Below, piece after piece: positions 1 to 10,155 of a stretch of 64,000 bases of DNA (its first letter is position 1; every line of letters starts with the position of its first letter). This DNA comes from Lachnospiraceae bacterium (GTDB lineage: Bacteria; Bacillota; Clostridia; Lachnospirales; Lachnospiraceae), in assembly GCA_050875145.1 (NCBI GenBank), contig JBNMLH010000006.1:41592-105591 (forward strand), written 5' to 3'. The position numbers and the translations under genes are program-made. The notes below the pieces were generated by a model. It was not told where the DNA came from and ran no database searches. It worked only from the letters and a program-made list of their open reading frames with translations.

Positions 1-91
1 TTTTTGCTTGATAATTTATTGTAAGCCTGTTAATATAAGGCTTTAACGGAAGGTGAAAACGATAGAAAAGTAAAAATTGCCATTAATTGCC

Positions 92-120
92 TAGACTTTT
101 AAAAAAAAATGGGTTATAAT
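92..120 (+). promoter_or_regulatory. Putative sigma-A promoter upstream of the nfnA-like gene
   Basis: TAGACT (92-97), a 17-nt spacer, then TATAAT (115-120). A leader of about 90 nt with a small hairpin (144-172) precedes the start codon. Confidence 0.35.
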
Positions 121-214
121 GTCACTTATATTGCAAAATTTTATCGTTTTTGGTCCGTGAAACAAAAACGAGTGGAAAACAGCTATATACAAGTGGAAAG
201 ATGGAGGTATATTG

Positions 215-1102
215 ATGTATAAGATTGTTAAAAAAAGAGCGTTGGCGAATAATATCGTCTTAATGGACATAGAAGCACCCCGAGTAGCCAAACATTGCTA
301 TCCTGGACAGTTTGTAATTGTTAAAATGGACGAGAAAGGTGAGAGAATCCCTTTGACAGTCTGTGATTATAATCGCGAGCAAGGAACGGTTACCATTGTT
401 TTTCAAACAGTCGGTGCATCTACAACTGAGATGGCACAGTACGAAGAAGGACAGTGTTTCCGTGATTTTGTAGGTCCTTTGGGTTGCAAATCAGAATTGA
501 TTGACGAAGATCCAGAAGAATTAAAGAAAAAGAAGATTTTATTTGTTGCAGGTGGTGTTGGTACTGCTCCAGTATATCCACAGGTGAAATGGATGAAGCA
601 GCAGGGTTATGATGTAGACTGCATTATTGGTGCAAGAAATAAAGATTTGATTATTCTTGAAGATGAGATGAGACAGGTGGCTAAGAATACATACGTGTGT
701 ACAGACGATGGTTCTTATGGATTTAAGGGAAATGTAAATGATCAGATTAAAGACTTGATTAATAATCAAGGTAAGTCTTATGATTTGGTAATTGCAATCG
801 GACCTGTTATCATGATGAAATTTGTTTGTTTATTGACAAAGGAATTAGACATTCCTACAATTGTCAGCATGAATCCAATTATGGTAGACGGAACTGGTAT
901 GTGCGGTGCATGTCGTCTTACTGTTGGTGATGAAGTGAAGTTTGCATGTGTAGATGGTCCGGAGTTTGATGGTCATTTGGTTGATTTTGATCAGGCAATG
1001 AAGAGACAGCAGATGTACAAGAGCGAGGAAGGAAGAGCTATGCTTAAACTTCAGGAAGGTGACACGCATAAAAATGGTGGTTGCGGCTGTAGCGGAAACT
1101 AA
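215..1102 (+). CDS. nfnA: NfnA-type ferredoxin-NADP(+) reductase small subunit (sulfide/dihydroorotate dehydrogenase-like FAD/NAD-binding protein with a 2Fe-2S site)
   Basis: The track ORF starts at TTG 212, but ATG 215 lies 9 nt after GGAGG. It has a PyrK-like fold pattern, the loop FVAGGVGTAP, and a C-terminal Cys cluster MCGACRL...FACVDGPEF. A GltD-like partner follows directly. Confidence 0.8.
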   Translation: MYKIVKKRALANNIVLMDIEAPRVAKHCYPGQFVIVKMDEKGERIPLTVCDYNREQGTVTIVFQTVGASTTEMAQYEEGQCFRDFVGPLGCKSELIDEDPEELKKKKILFVAGGVGTAPVYPQVKWMKQQGYDVDCIIGARNKDLIILEDEMRQVAKNTYVCTDDGSYGFKGNVNDQIKDLINNQGKSYDLVIAIGPVIMMKFVCLLTKELDIPTIVSMNPIMVDGTGMCGACRLTVGDEVKFACVDGPEFDGHLVDFDQAMKRQQMYKSEEGRAMLKLQEGDTHKNGGCGCSGN

Positions 1103-1135
1103 TCTGTAAGGTGTGTGGACAGAAAGGAGATTAAA

Positions 1136-2530
1136 ATGGCAATTGAAGTAGATGTTATGAAGAGAATTCCTGTTAGAGAACAGGAACCAAAAGTGAGAGC
1201 TACGAACTTTGAAGAAGTTTGTTTAGGATATAATTTAGAAGAAGCACAGGCAGAGGCTTCTCGTTGTTTGAATTGTAAAAATGCTAGATGTGTTACCGGA
1301 TGTCCTGTAAATATTGATATTCCAGGATTTATTAAACAGGTGGAAGAAGGAAATCTGGAAGAAGCATATGACGTAATCAGCAATTATTCTGCACTTCCAG
1401 CCGTATGTGGACGTGTTTGCCCACAGGAGTCACAGTGTGAGTGTAAATGTGTACGTGGCATTAAGGGTGAGGCTGTTTCTATTGGTAAGTTGGAACGTTT
1501 TGTTGCAGATTGGGCAAGAGAAAATGGTGTTACACCAAAGGTTGATGCAGAGAAAAAGGGCAAGAAAGTTGCTGTAATCGGATCTGGACCTGCTGGTCTT
1601 ACTTGTGCTGGAGACTTGGCAAAGAAGGGTTACGATGTGACGATTTTTGAAGCATTGCATGAAGCAGGTGGTGTATTATCTTACGGTATACCAGAATTTC
1701 GTCTTCCAAAGAGTACAGTAGTAGCTGCGGAAGTTGAAAATGTTAAGAAACTTGGTGTTAAGATAGAGACAAATGTGGTAATTGGTAAAGCTACTACCGT
1801 TGATGAGTTATTAGAGGAGGAAGGATTTGATGCGGTATTTATCGGATCAGGTGCTGGTCTTCCTAAGTTTATGGGCATTCCTGGAGAGAATGCAAATGGT
1901 GTATTCTCTGCGAATGAATATTTAACAAGAAGCAATTTGATGAAAGCATTTGATGATAATTATGCAACTCCGATTGTAGGTGGTAAAAAAGTTGCTGTTG
2001 TAGGTGGTGGAAATGTTGCCATGGATGCTGCTAGAACAGCACTTCGTCTTGGTGCGGAAGTGCATGTTGTATATCGCCGTAGTGAAGAAGAACTTCCTGC
2101 TCGTGTGGAAGAAGTACACCATGCAAAAGAGGAAGGAATTATCTTTGACTTATTAAGAAATCCAAAGGAAATCCTTGTGGACGATAACGGACATGTCAGT
2201 GGTATGAAGGTTGTTAAGATGGAACTGGGTGAACCAGATGCATCTGGAAGAAGAAGACCAATTGAAGTGGAAGGTTCTGAATATGTCTTAGACGTTGATA
2301 CTGTTATCATGTCTTTAGGAACAAGTCCAAACCCATTGATTTCTTCTACAACAGATGGCCTTGACATAAATAAATGGGGCTGTATTGTTGCCAAGGAAGA
2401 AAATGGAGAGACAACAAAGAATGGTGTCTATGCCGGTGGAGATGCAGTTACTGGTGCGGCAACTGTAATTCTTGCAATGGGAGCAGGTAAATCTGCTGCA
2501 CAGGGTATTGATGAATATTTAAGCAAATAG
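1136..2530 (+). CDS. nfnB: NfnB / GltD-like NADPH-dependent oxidoreductase large subunit (often annotated as glutamate synthase small chain)
   Basis: The track start 1115 is GTG, and ATG 1136 follows AAGGAGA. Fe-S Cys motifs are CLNCKNARCVTGCP and CGRVCPQESQCECKC. Dinucleotide folds are VAVIGSGPAGLTCA and VAVVGGGNVAMDAA. Confidence 0.85.
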   Translation: MAIEVDVMKRIPVREQEPKVRATNFEEVCLGYNLEEAQAEASRCLNCKNARCVTGCPVNIDIPGFIKQVEEGNLEEAYDVISNYSALPAVCGRVCPQESQCECKCVRGIKGEAVSIGKLERFVADWARENGVTPKVDAEKKGKKVAVIGSGPAGLTCAGDLAKKGYDVTIFEALHEAGGVLSYGIPEFRLPKSTVVAAEVENVKKLGVKIETNVVIGKATTVDELLEEEGFDAVFIGSGAGLPKFMGIPGENANGVFSANEYLTRSNLMKAFDDNYATPIVGGKKVAVVGGGNVAMDAARTALRLGAEVHVVYRRSEEELPARVEEVHHAKEEGIIFDLLRNPKEILVDDNGHVSGMKVVKMELGEPDASGRRRPIEVEGSEYVLDVDTVIMSLGTSPNPLISSTTDGLDINKWGCIVAKEENGETTKNGVYAGGDAVTGAATVILAMGAGKSAAQGIDEYLSK

Positions 2531-2551
2531 AATATTTGTAGCATATAGAGA

Positions 2552-2594
2552 AAGAATCCCTTATAGCAACTCTTGTTATGGGGGATTCTTTTTT
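2552..2594 (+). terminator. Rho-independent terminator after nfnB
   Basis: The 9-bp stem AAGAATCCC / GGGATTCTT runs into a T-run. Confidence 0.7.
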
Positions 2595-2747
2595 GTATAA
2601 TGATAGTGTTTGAAAAATGTTAAAATGCGAATGAAATGGAAGAAAATGGGTCAGAATAGCTTATAAATATAGCGTTATTTGCATAAAAAATAAGAGAATA
2701 ATAGTTTGGCAAAGAGCTATTTTTGGTGATTAGAAAGGAGCATTAAG

Positions 2748-4565
2748 ATGGCACAACAAGTGTTAGAAAGAAGCGAATTAAAAGTAGAAGATACCTGGAA
2801 GTTAGAAGATATATTTGCCAGTGATGAATTATGGGAAAAGGCATATAAAGAAGTGTTTTCTTCCTGTGATGCATTGAAACAATGGAAGGGTACGGTAACC
2901 GAGAGTGGAAAAAACTTATTTGACTTTATGAATTTATATGTAAAGACTGGGATCTTGTTTGGAAAGGTTTATGTTTATGCACATCAAAAATACCATCAGG
3001 ATACAGCCAATGCGAAATATCAGGAGTTATCAGACCGAGCAGATACGTTGATGATGCAGTATCAGAGTGCAGTATCTTTTTTTCAACCAGAAATTTTAGA
3101 AGCTTCCGAGGAACAGTTTCAAGCGGTATACACTGCATTTTTAGAAATGATAAACGAGGAAGATCGTGCAGGATATGAAAGATTTTTCGGAGAAATTCTG
3201 CGACAAAAGGAGCATAGATTGTCAGCAGAAATGGAGGAGCTTTTAGCAAGTGCAAGAGATGTATTAAATTCCTCCGATACGATATTTTCTATGTTTAACA
3301 ATGCAGATATATCTTTTCCAACGATTTTGAACGAAGACAGGGAGGAAGTAGCAATTACGCATGGACGTTTTAGTGCTTTGTTACAAAATCAGGATAGAAG
3401 AGTGCGAAAAGATGCATTTGAAGGATTATATAGTAAATATAAGGAATTTGAAAATACGCTTGCGGCAACCTATTCTGCCAATGTGAAGAAAGATATTTTT
3501 ATAGCTAAAACAAGAAAATATGCATCTTCCTTAGCGATGGCTTTGGATGAAAGTAATATTCCTGTTGCAGTGTATCAAAATTTGGTACAGGTGGTACGGG
3601 AGAACTTACCATTGTTGCATCGCTATATGAAGATTAGAAAAAAAGCATTACATTTGGACGAATTGCATTTGTATGATGTGTATGTGCCAATGGTTGAGGA
3701 GAAAAAGAAGGAAATTTCTTTTGAGCAGGCGAAAGAAATGGTATTGGAAGGTCTGGCTCCTATGGGAGAAGAATACCAAAAGTTATTGAAAATGGGATTT
3801 GATAGTCGCTGGATCGATGTATATGAAAATAAAGGAAAGCGAAGTGGTGCATATTCATGGGGATCATATGGTACACATCCTTACGTGTTGCTAAATCACC
3901 AGAATGATTTAAACAGTGTATTTACATTAGCACATGAAATGGGACATTCGTTGCATTCCTATTATTCTAATTCTTCTCAGCCATATATTTGTGCAGATTA
4001 TGAAATCTTTGTGGCAGAAGTGGCATCTACATGTAATGAGGCATTATTGATTCACGATTTACTGGAAAAGACCAGTGACAAAAAAGAACGGGCATATTTG
4101 CTGAATTATCATTTAGAACAGTTCCGTACTACTTTATTTAGACAAACTATGTTTGCCGAATTTGAGTGGAAGGCACATGAGATGGCAGAAAACGGGGAAG
4201 CACTTACCGCACAAAATCTTTCTGAAATGTATCATCAATTAAACGTGGATTATTTTGGAGAGGAGACGGTGATTGATAAAGAAATTGATTTAGAATGGGC
4301 GCGTATTCCACATTTTTATAATTCGTTTTATGTGTACCAGTATGCAACAGGGTATTCAGCAGCCATTGCATTGTCCTCTAAAATTTTAAAAGAAGGAAAG
4401 TCGGCAGTAGACGATTATGTAAATAAATTTTTGCGTGGTGGCGGTTCAAAAGACCCGATTGACTTATTAAAAGGAGCGGGAGTAGATATGAGTAAAAAGG
4501 AATCCGTACAGTCCGCTTTACAGGTATTTGAACAGTTGTTAGATGAAATAGAAGAATTATTATAA
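2748..4565 (+). CDS. pepF: Oligoendopeptidase F (M3B metallopeptidase)
   Basis: 605 aa with a GGAG RBS. The zinc motif is HEMGHSLH with a downstream Glu (FVAEVAST), and the length is typical of PepF. Confidence 0.9.
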   Translation: MAQQVLERSELKVEDTWKLEDIFASDELWEKAYKEVFSSCDALKQWKGTVTESGKNLFDFMNLYVKTGILFGKVYVYAHQKYHQDTANAKYQELSDRADTLMMQYQSAVSFFQPEILEASEEQFQAVYTAFLEMINEEDRAGYERFFGEILRQKEHRLSAEMEELLASARDVLNSSDTIFSMFNNADISFPTILNEDREEVAITHGRFSALLQNQDRRVRKDAFEGLYSKYKEFENTLAATYSANVKKDIFIAKTRKYASSLAMALDESNIPVAVYQNLVQVVRENLPLLHRYMKIRKKALHLDELHLYDVYVPMVEEKKKEISFEQAKEMVLEGLAPMGEEYQKLLKMGFDSRWIDVYENKGKRSGAYSWGSYGTHPYVLLNHQNDLNSVFTLAHEMGHSLHSYYSNSSQPYICADYEIFVAEVASTCNEALLIHDLLEKTSDKKERAYLLNYHLEQFRTTLFRQTMFAEFEWKAHEMAENGEALTAQNLSEMYHQLNVDYFGEETVIDKEIDLEWARIPHFYNSFYVYQYATGYSAAIALSSKILKEGKSAVDDYVNKFLRGGGSKDPIDLLKGAGVDMSKKESVQSALQVFEQLLDEIEELL

Positions 4566-4659
4566 TATAGGAAAAGTGTTTTGTAAGTTTTTAAATGATT
4601 ACAACGGTTGTTGAAGTTCTATAGAAAGGATGGAAGCCTGACGTATTGTTTATGTGAAT

Positions 4660-4704
4660 AACAAAGGGGAGTGTTACGTTTTAGTGTGACACTTCCCTTT
4701 GTTG
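4660..4704. terminator. Shared hairpin terminator between convergent pepF and tmcAL
   Basis: Stem ACAAAGGGGAGTGT / ACACTTCCCTTTGT (one mismatch or wobble) lies between the two stop codons. Confidence 0.6.
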
Positions 4705-5931
4705 TCAAAAGATGACAGGACCCTGTTCATATTCTGTTTTCATAATTGTGCCATATTTTTCATGGCAGATATGATGATAGAGATGTGTTGCTAAAATATC
4801 TTTTTCGAATAAAGAAAACGCTTCTGGTGATAATTGATTTTTAGCCTTGGCAACTTTAGTGATGATTGGTATTTCTGTATTCTGTCCTAAAAGAAAACTT
4901 TTACTTTTGCGAAAACCCAGTAATCGTACATAGGGTGGTTCCTCTATAAAATCCTGTTTCGTTAGATTTAATAAAATATGCAACAGACATCTGCAAACGC
5001 GTGTATATACTAAGTCTTTGGACTTTATCGTCATGGCAAGATCTGAAAAATCGCAAGTATAGGACAAATATTTTTTGATTTTGTTAGATACAGTTTCAGA
5101 AATATCTAAATATTTTGTATAGTCATTTTCTTGGGAAAGTTTATAATACAGCAGACTGGAAAAATCATTTTCTGAAATTGGGAAGGTGCGTTGATACTGC
5201 TCTTTTAAGAAAGGTACGACACAATTCGGGAGGTATTCTATAATTTCAGAAAAATTGTTTTTTGCAAGCAATGTTTTTCTCAATGCAGAGGCAGATGGAA
5301 AGGCATTAGAAATGCTTTCACTGTGATGGGCACTTCCTGTTCGTAAAATTGGTATAGGTGTAATGGTAGACTGTAGTCGAAATAGAGCCTTTTGATATTC
5401 AATCGCTAAAATATTATTTGGATTAGATAAAAGACTGCTTATAATATCTTCTGTCTGGAAAATAGTTTTATGTTTTTGGCAGTAAGATAATATAGCTTTT
5501 TTTCTTGCGGCAGGGTAGGATATGCCGCTTTTTAGTGCCAGTTGCAATTCTTGTTTGAATGCATCTGGTTCCTGACATAAAAGAAGTGCTATATCTTTTA
5601 TATCTTTTATATTAGGAGTTTCACAGCCAAAAGAAATTCCATTGATGAATGGAAGTCGATTTAGTATGGATACTCCTGCAAATGCAAAATTTTCTGCACT
5701 GGATGTAGCATAGATAACAGGAAGCTCGAATACAAAATCAGCGCCTGCGGAAAGTGCCATGCGGGTGCGTGTATACTTATCTGCAATAGCAGGGGTGCCG
5801 CGTTGTACATAATTTCCACTCATAACCACAACTACATTGTCTGCTTGAAACTGTTTTTTGGCTTCCCTGATTTGATAAGCATGTCCCTGATGAAATGGAT
5901 TGTACTCTGCAATAATGCCGATGGTATTCAT
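4705..5931 (-). CDS. tmcAL: tRNA(Met) cytidine acetate ligase (YlbM/UPF0348 nucleotidyltransferase)
   Basis: 408 aa. The N-terminal motif GIIAEYNPFHQGHAYQI is characteristic of the YlbM/TmcAL family. Confidence 0.8.
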   Translation of the reverse strand: MNTIGIIAEYNPFHQGHAYQIREAKKQFQADNVVVVMSGNYVQRGTPAIADKYTRTRMALSAGADFVFELPVIYATSSAENFAFAGVSILNRLPFINGISFGCETPNIKDIKDIALLLCQEPDAFKQELQLALKSGISYPAARKKAILSYCQKHKTIFQTEDIISSLLSNPNNILAIEYQKALFRLQSTITPIPILRTGSAHHSESISNAFPSASALRKTLLAKNNFSEIIEYLPNCVVPFLKEQYQRTFPISENDFSSLLYYKLSQENDYTKYLDISETVSNKIKKYLSYTCDFSDLAMTIKSKDLVYTRVCRCLLHILLNLTKQDFIEEPPYVRLLGFRKSKSFLLGQNTEIPIITKVAKAKNQLSPEAFSLFEKDILATHLYHHICHEKYGTIMKTEYEQGPVIF

Positions 5932-6090
5932 GGTTGAAAACTCCTTTTAAGTAATAAATATACGGTTAAAAATCTAAAAAAATGTTGTGAAATATAACTT
6001 TTTATTATAGTATAGATTATATACAGCATTTTATGTTTTCACAACATAAAATTTGTGTTTGGAGTATTTCAAATTGAATAAGGAGAGCGT

Positions 6091-6966
6091 ATGAAAATGA
6101 ATTTTGCGATTGTAACAGATACGGGGGCAAATTTGCCTGAAAACATAATTGAGGAAAATGAGATTCTTGTTTTATCATTAAGCTTTTTTGTAGATGAAAA
6201 AGAATACTATAGTTACGAACCGGGCAAGAAAACGGATTTATCTGAATTTTATAAAATGATGCGTGAAAAGAAACCGATACGAACTTCTCTGGTAAATGCA
6301 GAATTGGCAAAGGAGCAGATTGGAAAATTATTGTCGGAAGGAAAAGATGTATTATATGTCGGTTTTTCTTCTGGACTTAGTGGAACCTTTCAATCGGTTT
6401 CCATTGCTATGGATGAATTAAAGGAAGAATATCCTGATAGAAAGATTTTAGCGGTAGATACACTTGCTGCAGCGTTGGGGCAGGGGTTACTGGTATATTT
6501 TGCTATCCAACAGAGAAAAGCTGGAGCGCAGATAGAGGACATTTATCAATGGATTATGGAAAATAGATTGCACATATGCCATTGGTTTACGGTAGATGAT
6601 TTGTTTTTCTTAAAGCGTGGAGGCAGAATTTCTGCGGCAACTGCGGTAGTTGGTACTGCCTTGAGTATTAAACCTGTTCTTCATGTGGATGATGAGGGAC
6701 ATTTAATAAATATGTCAAAGACCAGAGGGCGTAAGAAGTCTTTGGAAGCATTATTGAAGAAGTTCGAGGAAACTGCTATAAATCCAGGTGAAACTCCTGT
6801 TTTTATCAGTCATGGTGACTGTTTGGAAGATGCAAAATATGTGGAACAAAGATTAAAAGAAAAATATGGAGTGAAAGAGGTTTTGATACAGATTCTTGAT
6901 CCTGTGATTGGTGCGCATGCTGGTCCGGGAACGGTAGCATTGTTTTTTGTTGGAACACAGAGATAG
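6091..6966 (+). CDS. DegV family fatty-acid-binding protein
   Basis: 291 aa. It has the FAIVTDTGANLP N-terminus, a family-typical length, and the C-terminal GPGTVALFF pattern. Confidence 0.85.
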   Translation: MKMNFAIVTDTGANLPENIIEENEILVLSLSFFVDEKEYYSYEPGKKTDLSEFYKMMREKKPIRTSLVNAELAKEQIGKLLSEGKDVLYVGFSSGLSGTFQSVSIAMDELKEEYPDRKILAVDTLAAALGQGLLVYFAIQQRKAGAQIEDIYQWIMENRLHICHWFTVDDLFFLKRGGRISAATAVVGTALSIKPVLHVDDEGHLINMSKTRGRKKSLEALLKKFEETAINPGETPVFISHGDCLEDAKYVEQRLKEKYGVKEVLIQILDPVIGAHAGPGTVALFFVGTQR

Positions 6967-7070
6967 AGCGGATAATACCCAAAATGCAAGTGGTAATTTA
7001 TGGTTATTTTGTAATCGGTTTTTGTACTTAAAAAGATACAATTTGATAGTTTATTTTTTCAAGAAGTGTC

Positions 7071-7099
7071 TTGTATGAAAAAAATGATTGCTTTATAAT
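7071..7099 (+). promoter_or_regulatory. Putative sigma-A promoter of the pta-ackA operon
   Basis: TTGTAT (7071-7076), a 17-nt spacer, then TATAAT (7094-7099). Confidence 0.45.
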
Positions 7100-7137
7100 G
7101 GGGAATGGTGAAAAATAAGATGAGAATTTTGCAGCTA

Positions 7138-7152
7138 TTGAAATCGGTTCCT
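7138..7152 (+). promoter_or_regulatory. cre-like (CcpA) site in the pta leader
   Basis: TTGAAATCGGTTCCT fits every fixed position of the degenerate cre consensus WTGNAANCGNWNNCW. Confidence 0.3.
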
Positions 7153-7235
7153 AAAATTTGAGTCATATGATGATATAGAAACTATATGGTTGCAAGCAAG
7201 GTTTCATAAATCGATGATAGAAAGGTGCGAGACGA

Positions 7236-8246
7236 ATGGGATTTATTGATGATATTAAAGAACGTGCAAGAAAAAATAAAAAAAAGATTGTACTGCCAGA
7301 AACAGCAGACGTCAGAATTATAAAAGCAGCCGCTGAGGTTTTAAAAGAGGACATTGCGGAACTGGTTCTGGTTGGTAATAAAGAGACAATCTTGGATGAT
7401 GCCAAAAATTATGGTTATCATTTACAGGGAGCTAATATTGTGGATCCTGAGAATTTTGAAAAGATGGATTCGTATGTAGACATGCTTGTACAGCTTCGTC
7501 AGAAGAAAGGAATGACACCAGAAAAGGCAAGAGAACTTCTTACTTCTGACTATTTGCATTTTGGAGTTATGATGGTAAAGATGGGAGATGCAGACGGAAT
7601 GGTAGCGGGTGCCTGCCATGCAACAGCCGATGTATTGCGTCCTTCCCTTCAAATTTTAAAGACAGCTCCAGGAACAGAATTGGTTTCCGGTATGTTTGTG
7701 ATGGTTGTGCCAGATTGCGATTATGGTGCAAATGGAACATTTATTTTTTCTGATGCCGGATTAAATCAGAATCCAACAGCAGAAGAGCTTGCAATTATTG
7801 CAGGCACAACAGCAAAAAGTTTTCGCCTTTTAGTGCAGGAGGAGCCAATTGTAGCAATGATTTCCCATTCTACAAAAGGAAGTGCATCTCATCCAGATGT
7901 AGATAAGGTTGTAAAAGCAACGGCTCTTGCAAAAGAGAAATATCCAAAAGTAAAGCTGGATGGAGAGTTTCAGGTGGATGCAGCAATTGTGCCAAGTGTA
8001 GGCGCATTTAAGGCACCTGGTAATAATGTAGCAGGCCATGCGAATGTACTTGTATTCCCAAATCTGGATGCTGGAAATAACGGATATAAGCTGGTGCAGA
8101 GACTAGCAAAGGCAGAGGCTTATGGTCCTTTGACACAGGGAATTGCAAAACCGGTAAATGATTTGTCAAGAGGTTGCTCTGCAACTGATATTGTGGGTGT
8201 TGTAGCAATCACAGCAGTACAGGCTGGCGCAGAGGATGATAAATAG
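7236..8246 (+). CDS. pta: Phosphate acetyltransferase
   Basis: 336 aa, short-form Pta. The N-terminus IKERARKNKKKIVLPETADVRIIKAA is family-typical, and ackA follows directly. Confidence 0.92.
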   Translation: MGFIDDIKERARKNKKKIVLPETADVRIIKAAAEVLKEDIAELVLVGNKETILDDAKNYGYHLQGANIVDPENFEKMDSYVDMLVQLRQKKGMTPEKARELLTSDYLHFGVMMVKMGDADGMVAGACHATADVLRPSLQILKTAPGTELVSGMFVMVVPDCDYGANGTFIFSDAGLNQNPTAEELAIIAGTTAKSFRLLVQEEPIVAMISHSTKGSASHPDVDKVVKATALAKEKYPKVKLDGEFQVDAAIVPSVGAFKAPGNNVAGHANVLVFPNLDAGNNGYKLVQRLAKAEAYGPLTQGIAKPVNDLSRGCSATDIVGVVAITAVQAGAEDDK

Positions 8247-8267
8247 AAAGCAGGAGGATAAAAACAG

Positions 8268-9461
8268 ATGAAAGTTTTGGTAATTAATTGTGGTAGTTCT
8301 TCGTTAAAATATCAATTGATTGATTCGGATACAGAGACACCATTGGCATCCGGATTATGTGAGAGAATTGGTATTGATGGTCAGTTGACTCATAAAGTGG
8401 ATGGAAAGAAAATAAAAGATGAAGAGAAAAATGCAATGCCAAACCATGAAGTAGCAGTGAAGCTTGTGTTAGATGAATTGGTAGATAAAGAATATGGTGT
8501 GATTTCAGATTTAAAGGAGATCAATGCAGTTGGCCATCGTGTAGTACATGGTGGAGAAAAATTTGCATCTTCTGTTATTATTACGGATGAAGTAGAAAAA
8601 GCAATTGCAGAGTGCAATGATTTAGCACCATTACATAATCCTGCAAACTTAATCGGTATTGATGCTTGTAAAAAGGCACTTCCAGGTGTACCTATGGTAG
8701 CTGTATTTGATACCGCTTTTCATCAGACAATGCCGGAAAAGGCATTTATGTATGGTCTTCCATATCGTTATTATGAAGAATATAAAGTTCGTCGTTATGG
8801 TTTTCATGGGACAAGTCATAGTTTCGTTTCCAAGCGTTTAGCAGAGCTTGCAGGTTTGCAGCTTGAGAATTCTAAGCTTATTGTATGCCATATTGGAAAT
8901 GGTGGAAGTGTGACGGCTGTTCAAAATGGAAAATCAGTAGATACATCAATGGGACTTACTCCATTAGAGGGAATTATTATGGGAACACGCTCAGGAAGTA
9001 TTGATCCTGCAATTATAGAGTTTATTGCACATAAGGAAAATAAATCCATTGATGAGATTATGACAATTTTGAATAAGAAATCGGGACTTGCAGGTATGTC
9101 AGGACTTACAAGTGATTTTAGAGATTTGAGAGCAGGAAAAAAAGAAGGTAATAAGCAGGCAGAAGTTACGATGGACGCATTTATATATAGCATTGCAAAA
9201 TATGTAGGAGCATATGCTGCTGCTATGAATGGTGTTGATGCAATCGCATTTACTGCTGGTATCGGAGAAAATGCCATTGAAGTTAGAAAAGGTGTCATGA
9301 GTTACCTTGGTTATCTTGGAGTAGAAGTAGACGAAGAAAAATGCCAGATAACAGGAGAGGAAGTTTGTGTTACAACCTCATCCTCAAAAGTTAAGGTGTT
9401 TATTGTTCCTACAAATGAGGAATTAGCAATTGCTCGTGAAACAAAAGCGTTAGTAGGGTAA
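8268..9461 (+). CDS. ackA: Acetate kinase
   Basis: 397 aa. It starts MKVLVINCGSSSLKYQL and carries the motifs FHGTSH and EELAIA. Confidence 0.95.
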   Translation: MKVLVINCGSSSLKYQLIDSDTETPLASGLCERIGIDGQLTHKVDGKKIKDEEKNAMPNHEVAVKLVLDELVDKEYGVISDLKEINAVGHRVVHGGEKFASSVIITDEVEKAIAECNDLAPLHNPANLIGIDACKKALPGVPMVAVFDTAFHQTMPEKAFMYGLPYRYYEEYKVRRYGFHGTSHSFVSKRLAELAGLQLENSKLIVCHIGNGGSVTAVQNGKSVDTSMGLTPLEGIIMGTRSGSIDPAIIEFIAHKENKSIDEIMTILNKKSGLAGMSGLTSDFRDLRAGKKEGNKQAEVTMDAFIYSIAKYVGAYAAAMNGVDAIAFTAGIGENAIEVRKGVMSYLGYLGVEVDEEKCQITGEEVCVTTSSSKVKVFIVPTNEELAIARETKALVG

Positions 9462-9518
9462 GTTGTTTTTGTTTTACAGCCAACGGCTGAGATAAGAGAA
9501 AAAAATATAAAAAGGACA

Positions 9519-9547
9519 TTGACTTTATTTCTGAAATATGATATAAA
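9519..9547 (+). promoter_or_regulatory. Putative sigma-A promoter (extended -10) for yceD-rpmF
   Basis: TTGACT (9519-9524), a 17-nt spacer ending in TGa, then TATAAA (9542-9547). Confidence 0.5.
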
Positions 9548-9583
9548 AGTAGAAGTGTGGTTTTTTATAGGATAGGAGTAGCT

Positions 9584-10117
9584 ATGCTCGTTAATTTATC
9601 AGAGGTTATGTCCAACGTAGGACAGCGAAAAGACGCACAGGTTCCGATTGCCTTGGAGCAATTTACTATGTATGGTGAGACTTATGCATTTTCAGAGAAA
9701 GAGGATGCAAAGATTTCTGTTGTATGTATAGGAGAACGAAAGATTTCTCTCACTTGCAAAGCAAGACTTTGTCTTGAGATACCATGCAGTAGATGCTTAA
9801 AAATGGTACAAGTCCCTTTTGAGATTGATTTTGAAAAGGAATTTGATTTTTCGGGTCAGAAGGAAGAAGCTAGGATAGAACTGGAGGAAGCAGAGTATAT
9901 TCAGGAGTATTCTTTAAATGTGGATACACTGATTACAGAGGAAATGATGCTTCAGTTCCCGATGCAGACATTATGTAGTGACAATTGCAAAGGTATCTGC
10001 AATGTTTGTGGTACAAATCTTAACACTGGTAGTTGCAATTGCGATCAACAGGGGAGAGATCCACGAATGTTAGCAATTCAAGATATTTTTAAGAATTTTG
10101 GGCAAACAGATAACTAA
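9584..10117 (+). CDS. yceD: YceD/DUF177 family protein (large-subunit rRNA accumulation protein)
   Basis: ATG 9584 follows AGGAG, while the track start 9557 lacks an RBS. The C-terminal Cys motif is CSDNCKGICNVCGTNLNTGSCNC. The position upstream of rpmF is conserved. Confidence 0.8.
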   Translation: MLVNLSEVMSNVGQRKDAQVPIALEQFTMYGETYAFSEKEDAKISVVCIGERKISLTCKARLCLEIPCSRCLKMVQVPFEIDFEKEFDFSGQKEEARIELEEAEYIQEYSLNVDTLITEEMMLQFPMQTLCSDNCKGICNVCGTNLNTGSCNCDQQGRDPRMLAIQDIFKNFGQTDN

Positions 10118-10155
10118 TGATTAATGTTTGTTTGAGAATAAGAGGAGGTGTGACC

